Assembly (NCBI RefSeq): GCF_030684315.1 | Contig: NC_081396.1 | Span: 1,736,001-1,800,000, forward strand | Reading direction: 5' to 3' | DNA length: 64,000 nucleotides | DNA from: Stegostoma tigrinum | Lineage: Eukaryota | Part shown: piece by piece, positions 24,444-37,509 of the stretch | Layout of the letters: each line of letters begins with the position of its first letter | Position numbering within the stretch: the first letter of the stretch is position 1 | Notes under the pieces: model-generated | The model's input: only the letters and a program-made list of their open reading frames with translations | Told to the model about the DNA's origin: nothing | The model's database searches: none | Program-made: the position numbers and the translations under genes

Positions 24444-27400
24444 GTAAGTCAGGGTCGCCAAAAAAGTTTTTTTTTATTTTGAAAATCTCCAGAAAGGTAA
24501 TATTTTCACTTTCAGGAATGTAGGGGACATCAAACGGTCTCCAGATTTTTTTATGTATGATATGATATCACACTGTGATGTGATGAATGATAGAGTATTA
24601 ATTGTGGTTTCACAATGGAATATTGCAACATATCATTTAATCAAGATACTTCACTTTATGGAAACGTTGTTTATTAGACTGCTGAATCATGAATTATAAT
24701 TATTCGCAATGTATGAAAAAATGGCCCGATATAAAGTTTTAATTTTAACTTTGCAAAACGGAGATGAGTATTTGTTGTGCTACAGGATTTTTTTTTCAAA
24801 ATAAAGCACCAACTTAGCAAAACACCTCAATGTGTGGATTTCTTGACGAAGCAGAACATTACTTATTATATACAAGCAATATACTGTCAAAAAGTTGACA
24901 CACAAAAAATAACACGTTCACTGAATACAGGAATTTACAGTCCTACATTTGCAAGAATGTAACAGTTGCAGCAGAGTGAGTGCCCACACGTAAGTTCCAA
25001 TTTTTAACGTAATCTGATGAACTAATTCGGCAAATGTTTGAAAACATCTGAACAGGCAGGTAGTTTAATCTATTATTGGTTTATATCCTCTCCTGATGGG
25101 TTTTGCATATTGTGAAAGATTGTTAACCGATAACAGACTGTGGTTGCCCGAATCAATAATCACTGTTCATCACGAGTTTCTGAGAATGGTGAAAGGTTAA
25201 AATAAAAACGGTTGGAATGATTTTAAGCAACATGCGAGACCAGTTGGAAACTGTTGACGACTATCAATGAAGGAAGGCTTCTCCCCACATCGGGGCCGTT
25301 GAAACTGAAAGCATTGCAATTCTGCATTTTTATTTGACTGAACACAACTATTGCTCACATCAAGCATGTCAGGAAGGTAAGTGGTCGAGGCACTGTTTTG
25401 AATTACACAGGCTTTAATTTTATTTGTTTATCCATCATTGTTTTAAGCATAGTAACTGATGGAAATAACTCATGAAAATGGCAATCTATTGAATGTGTCA
25501 GGAACGTGCAAGTCCAGAATGTGCACCATATAAACCTTGGAAAGAAAGCCCGAATTAATTCACGGAAACTTCTAAATTTATTAGCCTCAATTATGACGAA
25601 AGCAATATAAAAATATGAATTCAAGCCTGAAAGAAATGTTCAAGCTCTGCTCACCAAATCCTTATTTGTCAAGATTCAGCCATCTGATAAATGGCTGCCT
25701 GTAATGACGCAGGTAATGAATTGAATAACATGTTATAATCGGCCATTCTGTGAACACACTTAACATCCTATCATTCATCATATTCAAGTGTTGTATCATA
25801 TTTAGCATAAAAATGCTGACAATTTGAGAATGGAATGGTTCATGAATACATACACAAATTATACAAATAACTACGTTCTTTTTTCCATAATTTGCAGCAA
25901 TTTTACAGGAAATGCTGTTTTTTGCTGATGCCTTTAATTTATACTGCAGATGCAGGTTTTCACAATTTCTTCTGCCACATTGTCTGGCACTGGCTCCTGT
26001 CCGGAAGATGAAAGATGATTACAGATAAATAAATAGGTAAATACAAACGGTTCTGTCCAGTCAAGCAGAACTAGCATAGGACCAAATAAATTAGAGAACG
26101 ATATCGATTGATCTATAGTAAATTTATAAACATGCATTAACATTGTCTCTTAATTTAACTCCTCTCTGTATTGAATTTTTCCAAAAATTTCTTCAAGGAA
26201 AATATGAGAAATGAAAATTAATATGCTCATTGGCTGTGCAGATCTTGGTTAGTAATTACTGAAATATTTCACACTCTTCCTCTGCCAGTTTCCATACGGT
26301 GCCTCAATTTATATCTCCCCACAAAATAACTCCAAAACAAATGCAATGAAATTGTCGCAATGTCTGAACATGATGATTGACACATGATGACTGAGAAATG
26401 CCTGCAAATCTTGAGTGGAAACAAAGTTTGAAAATGTCTGTTTTGGCCTCCAGCAGCCACAGTGCTTGTGGCTGATTTCCTGTCGTCTGTATTCGAACTG
26501 ACCTTCCCTGATGCGGGCCATTCACACAAACCAATCAAGCATCACAGAGGCTTGGTCACTCAGCACATATTAGTAATAGAGCATCCGATTTTACCTGGTG
26601 CGAATAGAGTTAGAAAAATTCCCCACTTTACAGGAAAGCAATACGATTTCAGTTCCCTTCCCCTTTCCCTTGTCCTGGATTCCAGAGATGGGCTCTGAAT
26701 AGGGGCCCTGGCCCTGAAAAGTTAAAGCTGCTTTCTTTTAGCACATGCTGCCAGACCTGATATGTTTCACCACCAATATCTCTTTGTGTCTCGGGATGAT
26801 AATCTTTTGCATCCATTTCGAATCTAAATTGCTGCTAACCCTAATACCAAGTGTTGCCATATTGTCTACTTCTCCAATTCAGCCTGCTGTTCTACCTTCA
26901 ATTAGCACACTAATCCTCTGGTGTTTGCTCAATGTATCCCAGCCATTTCTGTGCGCTGGTCCCCGAGAATCTGCCCAAATCAGACACAATGTCTATCCTC
27001 GACCCCTTCCACCTAGTTAGTCCACTAGTTCCTATCCACTGCCAAGTTGCTTGTTCCCCTTCCAGAGGCAAATATGTTACAACCACAACAATTACGTAAC
27101 GCACAACCTGACCCTGCACATTGATTCACGAAGTTTGACACCTTCATGAATTATTAAACTCTTCCAGTCCGGCCACACGCATACTGGCTCTTGTCATGAG
27201 GCTGCGAGTGATGGTGAATGATTGAGGTTGACCGTATGTTGTAGTGATTACGATGGAGTGAGGTTGAGCCATTCAGTCAGTTCACAGTTCACTGTTGATG
27301 CTCACTCGTAACTCATATTTAGTCACAAATTGTGATGTATTTCAATGCAAACTGTAACTAAAAAAAAGTTACTAGTTCTTCTGCTTGATCCTGGTACAAA

Positions 27401-28758
27401 CCTGTTGCAATATTGTAACGAGACTCGGAGTTATAACTTGTAGTGTATTTTTTTAAAGAATTCAAGGGATTTCCATTTCAGGGTTGAATTCAACTCATGA
27501 AGTCAAGTTTCTGCTTGTTTCTTCAGCGACTGGAGAATGTATAGTGGGAAATCGTCACAGGAACTTTAAACAAAACAATGAAGATAAATTACGTGATGTA
27601 TGGAATGAAATCTAATGTCCTGTGCTTTAAAGTGTACTCAAGCACAGAAGTACAGGAGTACAGAGACTTTTGTTTTATAAATGTCACTGCTGATAATGTC
27701 ATCTTAGGGACAAACACGTAGGTACAAATCTTAGATGCCAAACAGGAATTAAAAAGAAAAGTCTTTGCATTACTTTACCGTCATCAACCAATAAGTTAGA
27801 AATAAGACATCGTTAAGAGGATAAATATTACAGCCAGATAAACAATTACAAATATACAGTACATTGCAGTCGCTGAACTCAGCGACCTTGGCACCTGATG
27901 TATCTACCTGATTCAGACTGTCCCCATTCCGTCGCAGGCCGCCAGCGCATTCTGCCCCAGTTCTCATATTCTCCAAGGTAAATTTTCTTTTGGCCTACTT
28001 TTGTGCACTGGCGTCTGATGAGGACTCGCTTCCTGTGCTTGTGGCTTCTTCAGGTCTGCTTACCCTGAGCTGGCCACTGCACAGGGATCCCTCCCTCCAA
28101 CAGTCGGTGCTCCCAGACTGCTTCCCCCAGTACAACCTCCACAGTGGAATTTAACTCCAGTGCTCTCCATGTCCTCCATTCTCTGCCAGTTTAGTCCAAT
28201 TCATTAATTGAACAAAAAATTGTGGGAGGAAGAAGGAAAGAAGAGCGAGAAAAAAGAGAGAAACAAAGAAAAAGAAAAGGTGGAGCAGTGTAGTTACCAC
28301 AGAAACATAAATCTGCAGCCAACGTCTGGTGGTATTTTACCAATATTTTCCTCAAAAAATGATTCAATCAGAAACGTCCTAAAGAAGGCAGATTTCAAAA
28401 CAGTTAAACACATGAAGTTGGATGCAAAACTAACAATGAAGGAAGACAGATTCTGAAGGTTTCAGAAAGTAGTAGAATTGGAGGGATGTGGAAAATGCAG
28501 ATGATTGCTGTTTATCCGCAAGACGGCAGGAGTGAGATTTTAGTGGGATTTGAAAATTCAGTCGTCCTGATTGTTCAGACTGCAATGTTGGTGCATGGGA
28601 AGTCAACATGTGTTGGCAAGAATTGAACTGTTAAATTCCTTAGTAAGTATTTCTCGCCAATTAAGAAAGTAATTAAGTTGATCAGTAAGTATTTTGGATT
28701 GCGTTAAGATTTCAATCCTAAACACAAGGAGAGATGCAGTGAACACACAGTAATTTTT

Positions 28759-29120
28759 TGGATGTGAGTTTGCTCGCTGAGCTGGAAGGTTCGTTTTCAG
28801 ACGTTTCATCACCATTCTCGGTAACATCATCAGTGAGCCTCTGATGAAGCACTGGTGTTATATCCGGCTTTCTATTTATCTGTTTAGGTTTCCTTGTGTT
28901 GGTGATGTCATTTCCTGTTCTTTTTCTCAGAGGATGGTAGATTGGCTCCAAATCAGGGTGTTTGTTGTCCCAATCAAAGTGGTGTCCTTCCTCATCTGTA
29001 TGCAAGGATACTAGTGATAGTGGGTCATGTCGTTTTGTGGCTAGTTGATGTTCATGTATCCTGGTGGCTAGTTTTCTGCCTGTTTGTCCAATGTAGTGTT
29101 TGTCACAGTTCTTGCAAGGT
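28759..29120 (-). mobile_element. Penelope-like element (family B) 3' fragment in the GPCR2 intron
   Basis: Reverse complement of ~46930-47385; flanked by repeated acacagta; absent from copies 1 and 3. Confidence 0.8.
28797..28836 (-). ncRNA. Minimal hammerhead ribozyme motif (PLE family B)
   Basis: UCA-CUGAUGA-UGUUACCGAGAAUGGUGAU-GAAACGUC-UGA. Confidence 0.72.
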
Positions 29121-29321
29121 AAAACTTACACAGTACGTTTTGTGGTAGCAACTGACTTGAACGCCTTATGTATTCACACAAATTTAGTCAAAATATACAC
29201 CTCAACGAAATGCACTTTGAATAGCCAAGAGTCAGAAGTTGCATTTGAGCAACATACTGGATGTGTCAGGAGCTAATGTTTGGAGTAAGTTTAATAACAT
29301 ATCTCTCGTATTCTTTCGCAG

Positions 29322-30220
29322 CCAATCTGCTGGCGATTGTAATCCTATCCCGAGGACGTTGTGGACTCTCTAAATGCATCACATACTATCTGTTGGCGAT
29401 AGCCGCCTATGATTTTCTCGTCATAATAATTTCCGTAATCCTAAACAGGATTGGCCGCATTTATTTTAGGTATAGTGTCTTGTCAACCACACCAGTGTGT
29501 AGCCTTATTGCTGTGCTGGTGCACAGCACACGAGACGGCTCAGTCTGGCTGACAGTGGCCTTCACCATCGATCGTTTTGTTGCCATTTGCTGCCAGAAAC
29601 TGAATACCAGATATTGCACTGAAAAAACCGCTTCATTGGTCATTGGAACAGTCTGCATCCTGAGCTGCATCAAAAATGTCCCTTTATACTTCATCTACAA
29701 GCCTTTGTACACAATTGGGGGAGTACCCTGGTTCTGCAATATCAAGTCCACCTATTACACATCTCCTGTCTGGCAGGCATACGACATGCTAGACCCTATC
29801 TTAATCCCCATTTTCCCATTTGTTCTCATCTTTCTTCTCAATGCTTTGACTATAAAGCACATTTTAGTGGCCAACAGATCCCGTCAGAGGCTTCGAGGTG
29901 TTGAGAACCGTCATGATCCTGAGATTATGAATCGCAAGAGATCCATTGTCTTGCTTTTTGCTATCTCACTCAGCTTCTTCCTTCTGTGGGCTGCCCAGGT
30001 TGGGCGTTTTCTCTACGTGCGAGTTAGAGGTGCAGGTTATTTCAACAGCCAGAATTTCGAAGACCCACAGTACATACTTTCAGAGACGACTAATATGCTC
30101 CAGCTACTCAGCTCCTGCAACAACGTTTTTATTTATGTTGTGTCTCAGAATAAGTTCAGAGAGGATCTTAAGGTGGTCATGAAAAATCCTTTCATCATCT
30201 ATAGGAGTTTATTCAAATGA
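29322..30220 (+). CDS. GPR139/GPR142-like GPCR, copy 2, exon 2 (join 24374..24443,29322..30220; 322 aa)
   Basis: AG at 29320-29321; intact 7TM ORF; 21 aa differences from copy 1 in exon 2. Confidence 0.92.
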
Positions 30221-32556
30221 TAGAAAAACAAAATTTCTCCATCCTACTTCTCTTCTCTTAGTTTGCAATGCTTTTTCACGAATGCAAAGCTGAAATTTCC
30301 AATAAAGCCTCTTGACTGAACAGGTGTGATGTCTATTGTCCAGCTGAGGTTTTTCTCGATTAATAAATCAAAAAGGGCCAGAAGTCATCGGAGCTCTGGC
30401 CTTTCAGAATGAGATGCTCTGGCATGGATCAGACCTGGACTCAACATTTCAGTTCTGCAGTGTTCTGGGCGTATGTTGATGTATTTACTCGTATTTCTCT
30501 TTCAATCACTCACTCTCCCTCCTTCCTCCCTTTTTAAACTTCCTTCGAGCCTTTGTTTTTTGTATCAGTACTGTCATCTCTGTATGACAACACGTCTCCT
30601 CTATGTTGTTGAAATGTGAATTCTGCTTTCTTCCCAGAGCTGCTATCAGATCCGCTGAGCATCTATGGCAATTTCTGTTTAAATTTTCCTTGAGTTAGTT
30701 TCTCAAGGATGCTTCTTTAGCATTATGAGTCCAATAACTGAAAGCCAACATACATGTATAAACTGCTGTACAATTTTAAAAACTTTAAAATTCTCAACGG
30801 AACTTGGGACAATTTGGTGCCAGTAGCAACCTCTTGTTTGTTCAAATTCCCGAGTGTAATGAGTCCACCTTAGTTCTTGGCTTCCTTTTTATTCCTTGCC
30901 TGCAGAGCAACTGTCCTTGCAACGTTCCTTCCAAACACTTTGTATTTTTCTTTTATCGAAAACTGACTTATTCCTTATTGGCCAATGTCAAAATGAACAT
31001 TAGTCCAGAAGATCACATGTGGCATGATTTCTCTGTGACCTGGATGGAAGCTATAAAACTCCGACAAGGCTGGAATGTGCCTTGCCAGAGATTGTCATCT
31101 CCACCAAACCTAGTTTCTTTTAAGCATTCAAGGTGTTAGTTTCATGATGAAGAGATGCGAGTGGGTGGGCTCATTAACTGAGGAGACAGGGCAGAGTTTC
31201 TTCTTTTGAAAGTCGTTGAATAAACTGATTCATAAATAAAGATATTGAAATTACAGTGATTTTGTAATTGTGAGTTATTAAAGTATCATTAATGACACTT
31301 TGAAAGGATGGTCCCTAACCCTCCCAGTTTCATCGATGCCATTGATTTTTGCACAATCTTGTTCCTTTGCAACCTGTGAGTCATTCCATATCTGTATACT
31401 TTAATGAACTATTGACCCTCGGAGTTATTGGCTACCTATGTTGCCTTAAGTCTGCGTGCAGTTATAATGGGCAGTGAGGGGTCTTCTCCAGGTAGAATGC
31501 CATTGATGCACAAACAAGAACAACTCCTTACACTTCCTTTCCAAGTGTCACAGGCGGAGCCACGTTCAGAATTGTGTAATTCTTGTAATATATTTAAATA
31601 TTTAATAAGCCAAGACTTAATAAGTGCAGCGTTGCAACAATGAATATATTCTGCACATAATGGACTGATTTGATAGGGTTATATACATATATCAATTTGT
31701 AATTAATAGTGTTGTGGATAAAATAATACGCAAAATATTGGTTCGAGCCCTGAACGAAGATGCACACAATAGGTAAACGCAACAACTGACCAATTACACA
31801 ATGTGTACTTCACGAAAACAGAATAAATAGCGTTTTGTTTTTCAAAGTTGTTTATCCGATGTGTACAGATTGTACAAAGTGCTTCTAACAGTACCAGGAA
31901 GTAATTATTTTGTTATGAACAAGTTATTTTGCGCTAATTTACTTTTTAGACAATCTGTCATAATAACACCGCATTTATTCATTGATTACGTATTTGCTAA
32001 TCATTGTTCGACAGCTTCAATCCGTAAGGGAAACAGCTTGTGGGAATCTGAATGCATTATGGATTCTTTCAATTTTTCTAATATGCAAGCGTCTATGATG
32101 TTGACAGCTGCTGAATTAGAATTTCATAATTGTCAAAAAAATTCCTAACTTGACATGCTTTAATCTACACCAGTGTTAGCCACACTTTTCCACGAAATGC
32201 CACATTTCAATTACTATTTCTCCTTATAAATATATTAATTCGACTCAGTAGCTTGACGGATCAAAATCAAATTATTTACTCTTCTGCCAACAAATCTTTC
32301 AAAAAGGGTTCACGGACACCATTAGTTCCATATCACATGCAGCATTTTACTTTCTAGCTCTCCAGGTAAATGGCAGGTAACGTTGTTCTCCTGAAGTGAA
32401 TGCAATAATTAGAACCAATGTTTGACGTGATCAGTTTCATCTACATGTATGTGTACTGTGTTCGTGGTCTTTGCATATCGGTATGCACTGAAGTGCCGGT
32501 GCATCTATTGTTAACAACAGTGAACTGCCTGCAACTGTGATCCAGAAACGTGCCAC

Positions 32557-32595
32557 AGTTATTGTAGAAGGCTTATGGTCATCCCTGCCACTGTC
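32557..32595 (-). other. Degenerate 23-RSS of V pseudogene 2
   Basis: Minus strand: GACAGTG, 23 nt, then ACAATAACT. Confidence 0.8.
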
Positions 32596-32875
32596 AAGCT
32601 CACTGCACAATAATAGAGCTCGTTAGACTGTAGCAGATTCGAGAATATCAATTGATTGATTTCTTATGGTATCAGAAACTCCAACTCGAGTGAATTTTGC
32701 TTTAAATGGGTCGCAGTTAATTGTGTAAATCTGGAATGCGAACGCAAGCTGTCTGCCTGGGCAATGAAGGCACCAGAAGAAGGATTAAGTTTTGTCTGTG
32801 TACTTGCGGTTTAAAGTAGCATCTTCTGTCTGAGTGAGGGCTCCTGCTGAGTAACAGACTCTCCATCGCTCACAT
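32596..32875 (-). pseudogene. TCR alpha/delta-type V pseudogene (paralog of 18082-18364)
   Basis: tttcAG acceptor, then VSDGESVTQQEPS / EDATLNRKYT / SFFWCLHCPGRQ / LYYCAVS; frameshifts, a TAA, and a downstream RSS. Confidence 0.84.
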
Positions 32876-33449
32876 CTGAAACACAAGTTTAAAGAAGCAG
32901 GATATTAGCATCAAATGTTTAACTAAGTTTACAGTAAATAATAAGAGTCACAGTTGTTCAATGTAAAAATAAATTGAATTTCCAGCAACTAATAACTTAT
33001 TCATTTTCTTTCTCTGCTCATGTCGGTGGTTGGAAACCCTACATCAGGTAGTAGCTGCCTCCTCTTGATCATACATATGCATCCTCTTTACATTGTGCAG
33101 GGTAGTCTCATGGCCCTCTGCTCCGCCATGAAGAAAAATCCTTAATCATCTCCAGTCACCATCACCTTTCTTCGTCTGAATTTCTGCCAGCTTCAGGTAA
33201 ACCATCACCAGACACATCCTGCTATCTCTGTCCAGCCTTCCCCGGGGACTTCACTCTTCGGGAAATCTTGGCTCACTCCTCCTCCTTTCCCAATCCTTTT
33301 TTTTCACACCCACAGTGCCTTACCATGTCATCTCGGAAAATTTAGCAGGTGCCCCTTTATGTCATGCCTCCTGACTATTCAGGAACCAAGATACATCCTC
33401 CAAGTGAAATATCACTCCAGTCAATCTGGCCTCATGTATTTGCTGCGAC

Positions 33450-34360
33450 CAACGTGGGTGAAGATGGACAGAAAAGGGCAATTCTCAGATTGGAGATGTG
33501 TTGAATGTGGTGTTCCCAAGAGATCAATGTTGGGACCATTGTGTCTTCTGATTTATATAAACAGTTTGGGGATGGGTGCTGAGGACAAAGTATTTACATT
33601 TGCAGATGATACTAAGCTGAAGAGAATAGTGAATTGTGAGGCTCATGCTGTACGAATTCAAAGGGGAATGGACAAGTTGGCCAAATGGGCATAGACATGG
33701 GAGATGAATTCCAATGCATGTTAAGTGTGAGTTTATAAGTTTTTGTGTGGGAAACATGGAGAGATACGACATGTTTGAGGGGAATACAACAGTAGAGGAA
33801 CCTGGGAGTTCAAGTGTTTAATTCTTGACAGATTACCAGGCAAGTTGAGACAATTGGTAAGAACGCTAATAAAATCATTATATTTAGACATAGATGTTTG
33901 GAGCGTAAAAACAAGAAAGTGACCCTCCACCACTACAAATTATTGGTCAGAGCACATTTGGAGTATTGTATTCATTTATGGGCATCTTATTCCAGGATTA
34001 TTGAAGGTAATTTAATGAGGGATTCAAAATTGTGAATAGTTTTGACGGAGTAAAGAAGGATATTCTGTTTTCACTGTTTTGTAAGTGGAGTTACAATTTC
34101 AAGACTGTCAGCAGGAGAACTAGGACTGAGATGAAGATAAACTTCTTAACCAGCAGCCTTACTAGGATTTGGATTATGTCTCTTGGGAGAATGGCAGAGG
34201 CAGATTCCTTGCAAAGTTTCAAAATGAGTTGGAAATATATTTCAAAGTGGATTTGGAGAGCTACAGAGCTAGGGCTGGAGAATGACACTAGCTGGGTAAC
34301 TCTTTCAGAACCTGGTACAACCACGATGAGTTACATGACTTCTTTCTAAACTGTACAATT
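33450..34360 (+). mobile_element. Degenerate CR1 LINE, RT C-terminus and 3' end
   Basis: GVPKRSMLGPLCLLIYINSL...FADDTKL. Confidence 0.8.
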
Positions 34361-37300
34361 CTATGATTCTATACATGATTCATACCGAAAAAGCATTCAC
34401 TCAATTTCAGATCATGCTTGTTTAAGTCCTTTCTAAATGAAGCAACTGAATAAACATTTCAAATATTTAACGTTTGCTATGCTTTGCAATTTTTTGCTGA
34501 ACGGTCAAAAAGCTAAGCATGATCATTTCTATAAGAAGTAAATAAATAGAACAGGATACGTTTTGCAAGAGTCAGCTCAACAGCGTAATTCATTGCCTTT
34601 CGAAGTTGATCACGTCTTTCGACCTGATATTGAGGACAGCAGAGGGCGCAGCGGAGATTGCGTTGAATGCTGGGGAGCAATTCTACTCGAGCAAAAAGAT
34701 TTTCTGTCAGGGTGTTTCTTTGAAAAGTAATCGATTCCACTTTTCAATACGTGGTTGTTACATGGCAAAGGTTTTTTTGTGTTTGCGATTGTCAAACTGT
34801 CACGTTTCTGCTTATATATGATGTGATCCATATTTTGTCTTGGTCCTTCATTGCTTGTGCCAGTAGAAACAGTTAGAAACCCTTCTTCCTGCAGTCTGAA
34901 TCGCGATGGGTTATCTATCTTGTTTAAATGTTGTTGCGACATTGGATATCAGCATTTTCACTAAGTTATTGTCAATACAATATTGACGTGTTTTAATGAT
35001 GAACACGTTTCTCTTTAAATTACTAGCTCGGAACAAGACACTTGAAAATTTCAATTACATTTATTGTGTTTCTCTGGCTTCGTTGTCCTGTTGGTCAGCA
35101 ACATTATTGGTGTAAATACTGTAATTGAGGACTGTTGTGATGTTTTCAGGAACTGTATTCCGATTAAGCATCTATATATTATCGCCATTCCTGTTCATAA
35201 TAAGTAAAAGGAATTAGCTGCACATTAAATGAAGATGGTATGTATTTAGTGAAGACGGTTATTCATTTTAATGTGCAGGACACTGACAACCATCATTAAG
35301 AGTCAGGAGTTTCGAACAGTATGAAACCTCAGTGATTTCCCAAATGGAACTTTCCTTATTTTCTCAACCACTGAGAGTCGGAAACTCGGCAGGATGCCTG
35401 AGCCATGTTGTTAGGTCATCGTGTTTGCACCAGGTTCTGAAAGAGTTACCTAGCTTTTGTCACTCTCCAGCCCTAGCTCTGTAGCTGTCCAAAACCATCC
35501 CTTTCAAATATATTTCCAAATTATTTTGAAACTTCACAAGGAACCTGCCTCTGCCTTTTCGTCTCTAGAGTAAGTTTGTCTGAACTGTAATGTTAACTGC
35601 CTGATGTCGATGTAGTCTGCTGCAGACAAACGCTTACAACGACTCCAACATTTATTAGCTCTGTACGGCAAGGTATCCAGATGACGAGAGACAAAATTCG
35701 GTCCTTAGTCCGCACCAGGAGATCCAATATCATTTCAATAAGAGATACTACTGCCCACAGTATTGGCACGTAGTATATTGCAAAATCAATGTCGTAAAAA
35801 AAAGTGTTCACATCTGCATAACAACTTGGTGGCATCCGGTTCCTATTTCCTCACTTTCCCCAAAGCTAGACCTTTATATATTTTGGTAATCATCACAAAT
35901 GTTACTTTGCATTATATTAAAAACCCATTTTGATAAACATACAATCTCTTGCCGACCTTACTACAAATACAATGCATTCAATACCATAGTGCGGTGATAC
36001 TATGTGCATTGTATTTATCGTAAGAGTGACAAGAGATTACATTCGTATCCAACGCTTTTATTAACATAAAGCGAAAAAAAACAAAGTAGAGGAAGCATGA
36101 GATGCATTTTGACATTTTAAAAGGAAGATTTTGGTAAAGAGATACCAAATTCAAACCAAAAAAGTAAACAGCTTGTGAGCCTTTTTTAAGCGAAAACAAC
36201 AGAAGCAGCATGAATCGATGGAACCAGGCTCCCATAGAAGCAAGGTTTTAATTTTAGCGTTTGGAAGTTAGCTTTAAAGCTGTCTGTTTCTTTCCCTACT
36301 AAATCTCAAAGACGTGAATTGTATCTCTCTGACAGCATCGCAAGTGACACAATCTATTCTAATGAATTTACCTTCGCCCAGTGCGCTTTATCGCATGTTG
36401 GTATATTGTGACAGTATCTGTTTCATCACTAAATAATCTTTGATTCTGCAACGTCTTTATTTTTACAGAGTTGAAATTTTAGCAATTCTTCTTTCATCTT
36501 TTACAATTTTACAGGGGGTTAAAATAAAGTGTGTTCTGCTTAATAATCTGTCGTGTAATCTATATATTTTTATCTCGGACACACACCTTATACTTACCTT
36601 TTGTAAGATAAAAGTTAGGATTTAGGCCATGTCCTTGATATTTTTACAGGGGAAATGCTTCGTTGCTCTGGCTCACAACATAAATGTGATTTTCTGTCCT
36701 TTTTTCTGAGCAACAAGAGAAATTCTCCAGGATTCAATGACAAGTTTTGATATCGACAACAAAAATGGAACTGTCGGTATCATCAAGTTGCATGCCTCTG
36801 CGTTGAAGCTCACACTAACACAGAAGTTCGATTAATTGTTAGGAATCAGTTCTGTTTTTTTTTACCAAAAGATGGTTGCTTGTTATGAAAAGTGCGTGTC
36901 CTCCCATTTAAAATTCCACTTTCTAGTAACTTTTTTATTCGTCAGGGAGTAGTTTCTCTTCTGACAGACTCTATTCCACACTTGAGAACAACACCAAACA
37001 TGACACTTCACTGCCACACTTCACACATTGACGACGAGAAAACCACTTTCGTCTCACAGTTACAGCTAAAGTTGCAAAGTCCCAGAAAGACTCAAGGAAA
37101 GGGGGAAGCTGGGAAGGTGGTGCCTTCATGGTAAACTGAAACCAGTGCAGAATTTCCTCGACTCTGTTGACGTCACTATACATAACTAATCAATTATCCA
37201 GCCGACTTAACTAATTGATCCCATTGTTTCAAAAGTCCAAGCAAGTCTTTCACTTTATTAATGTGACAAACAGAAATCCTGAAGCTGTGGATGTTTGTTT

Positions 37301-37439
37301 ATCGAACTGCAACTAAAGTGCGTGCTATAACATTCTTTTCCCTGTGGACCGTCTCAGTTCAAATAAATGTCGCACTTTTCGCTTGTGTTGCAGATTTAAG
37401 TTCTATGACTTCGCGGACTTCCTTGGCTTCTAAAAGACA

Positions 37440-37509
37440 ATGCATGGGGCAATAAAAGGACTCTTTTTTGCCATTTGTTATCCTGTTATCGCTGTTATTG
37501 GTGTTCCAG
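37440..37509 (+). CDS. GPR139/GPR142-like GPCR, copy 3, exon 1 (MHGAIKGLFFAICYPVIAVIGVP)
   Basis: ATG at 37440; 70 nt; CCAG|GTAAGT donor. Confidence 0.88.

Larger units (their letters stand above)
15760..31585 (+). repeat. GPCR duplicon copy 2 (contains a V pseudogene)
   Basis: Colinear similarity to 1690-11940 and 31585-43380. Confidence 0.8.

Noticed and set aside
34606-34830. RFHFSI...LRLSNCHVSAYI*C, weakly like V framework 3 (paralog ~21075-21190)
   Set aside because: No YYC, Trp or RSS; too weak to call.
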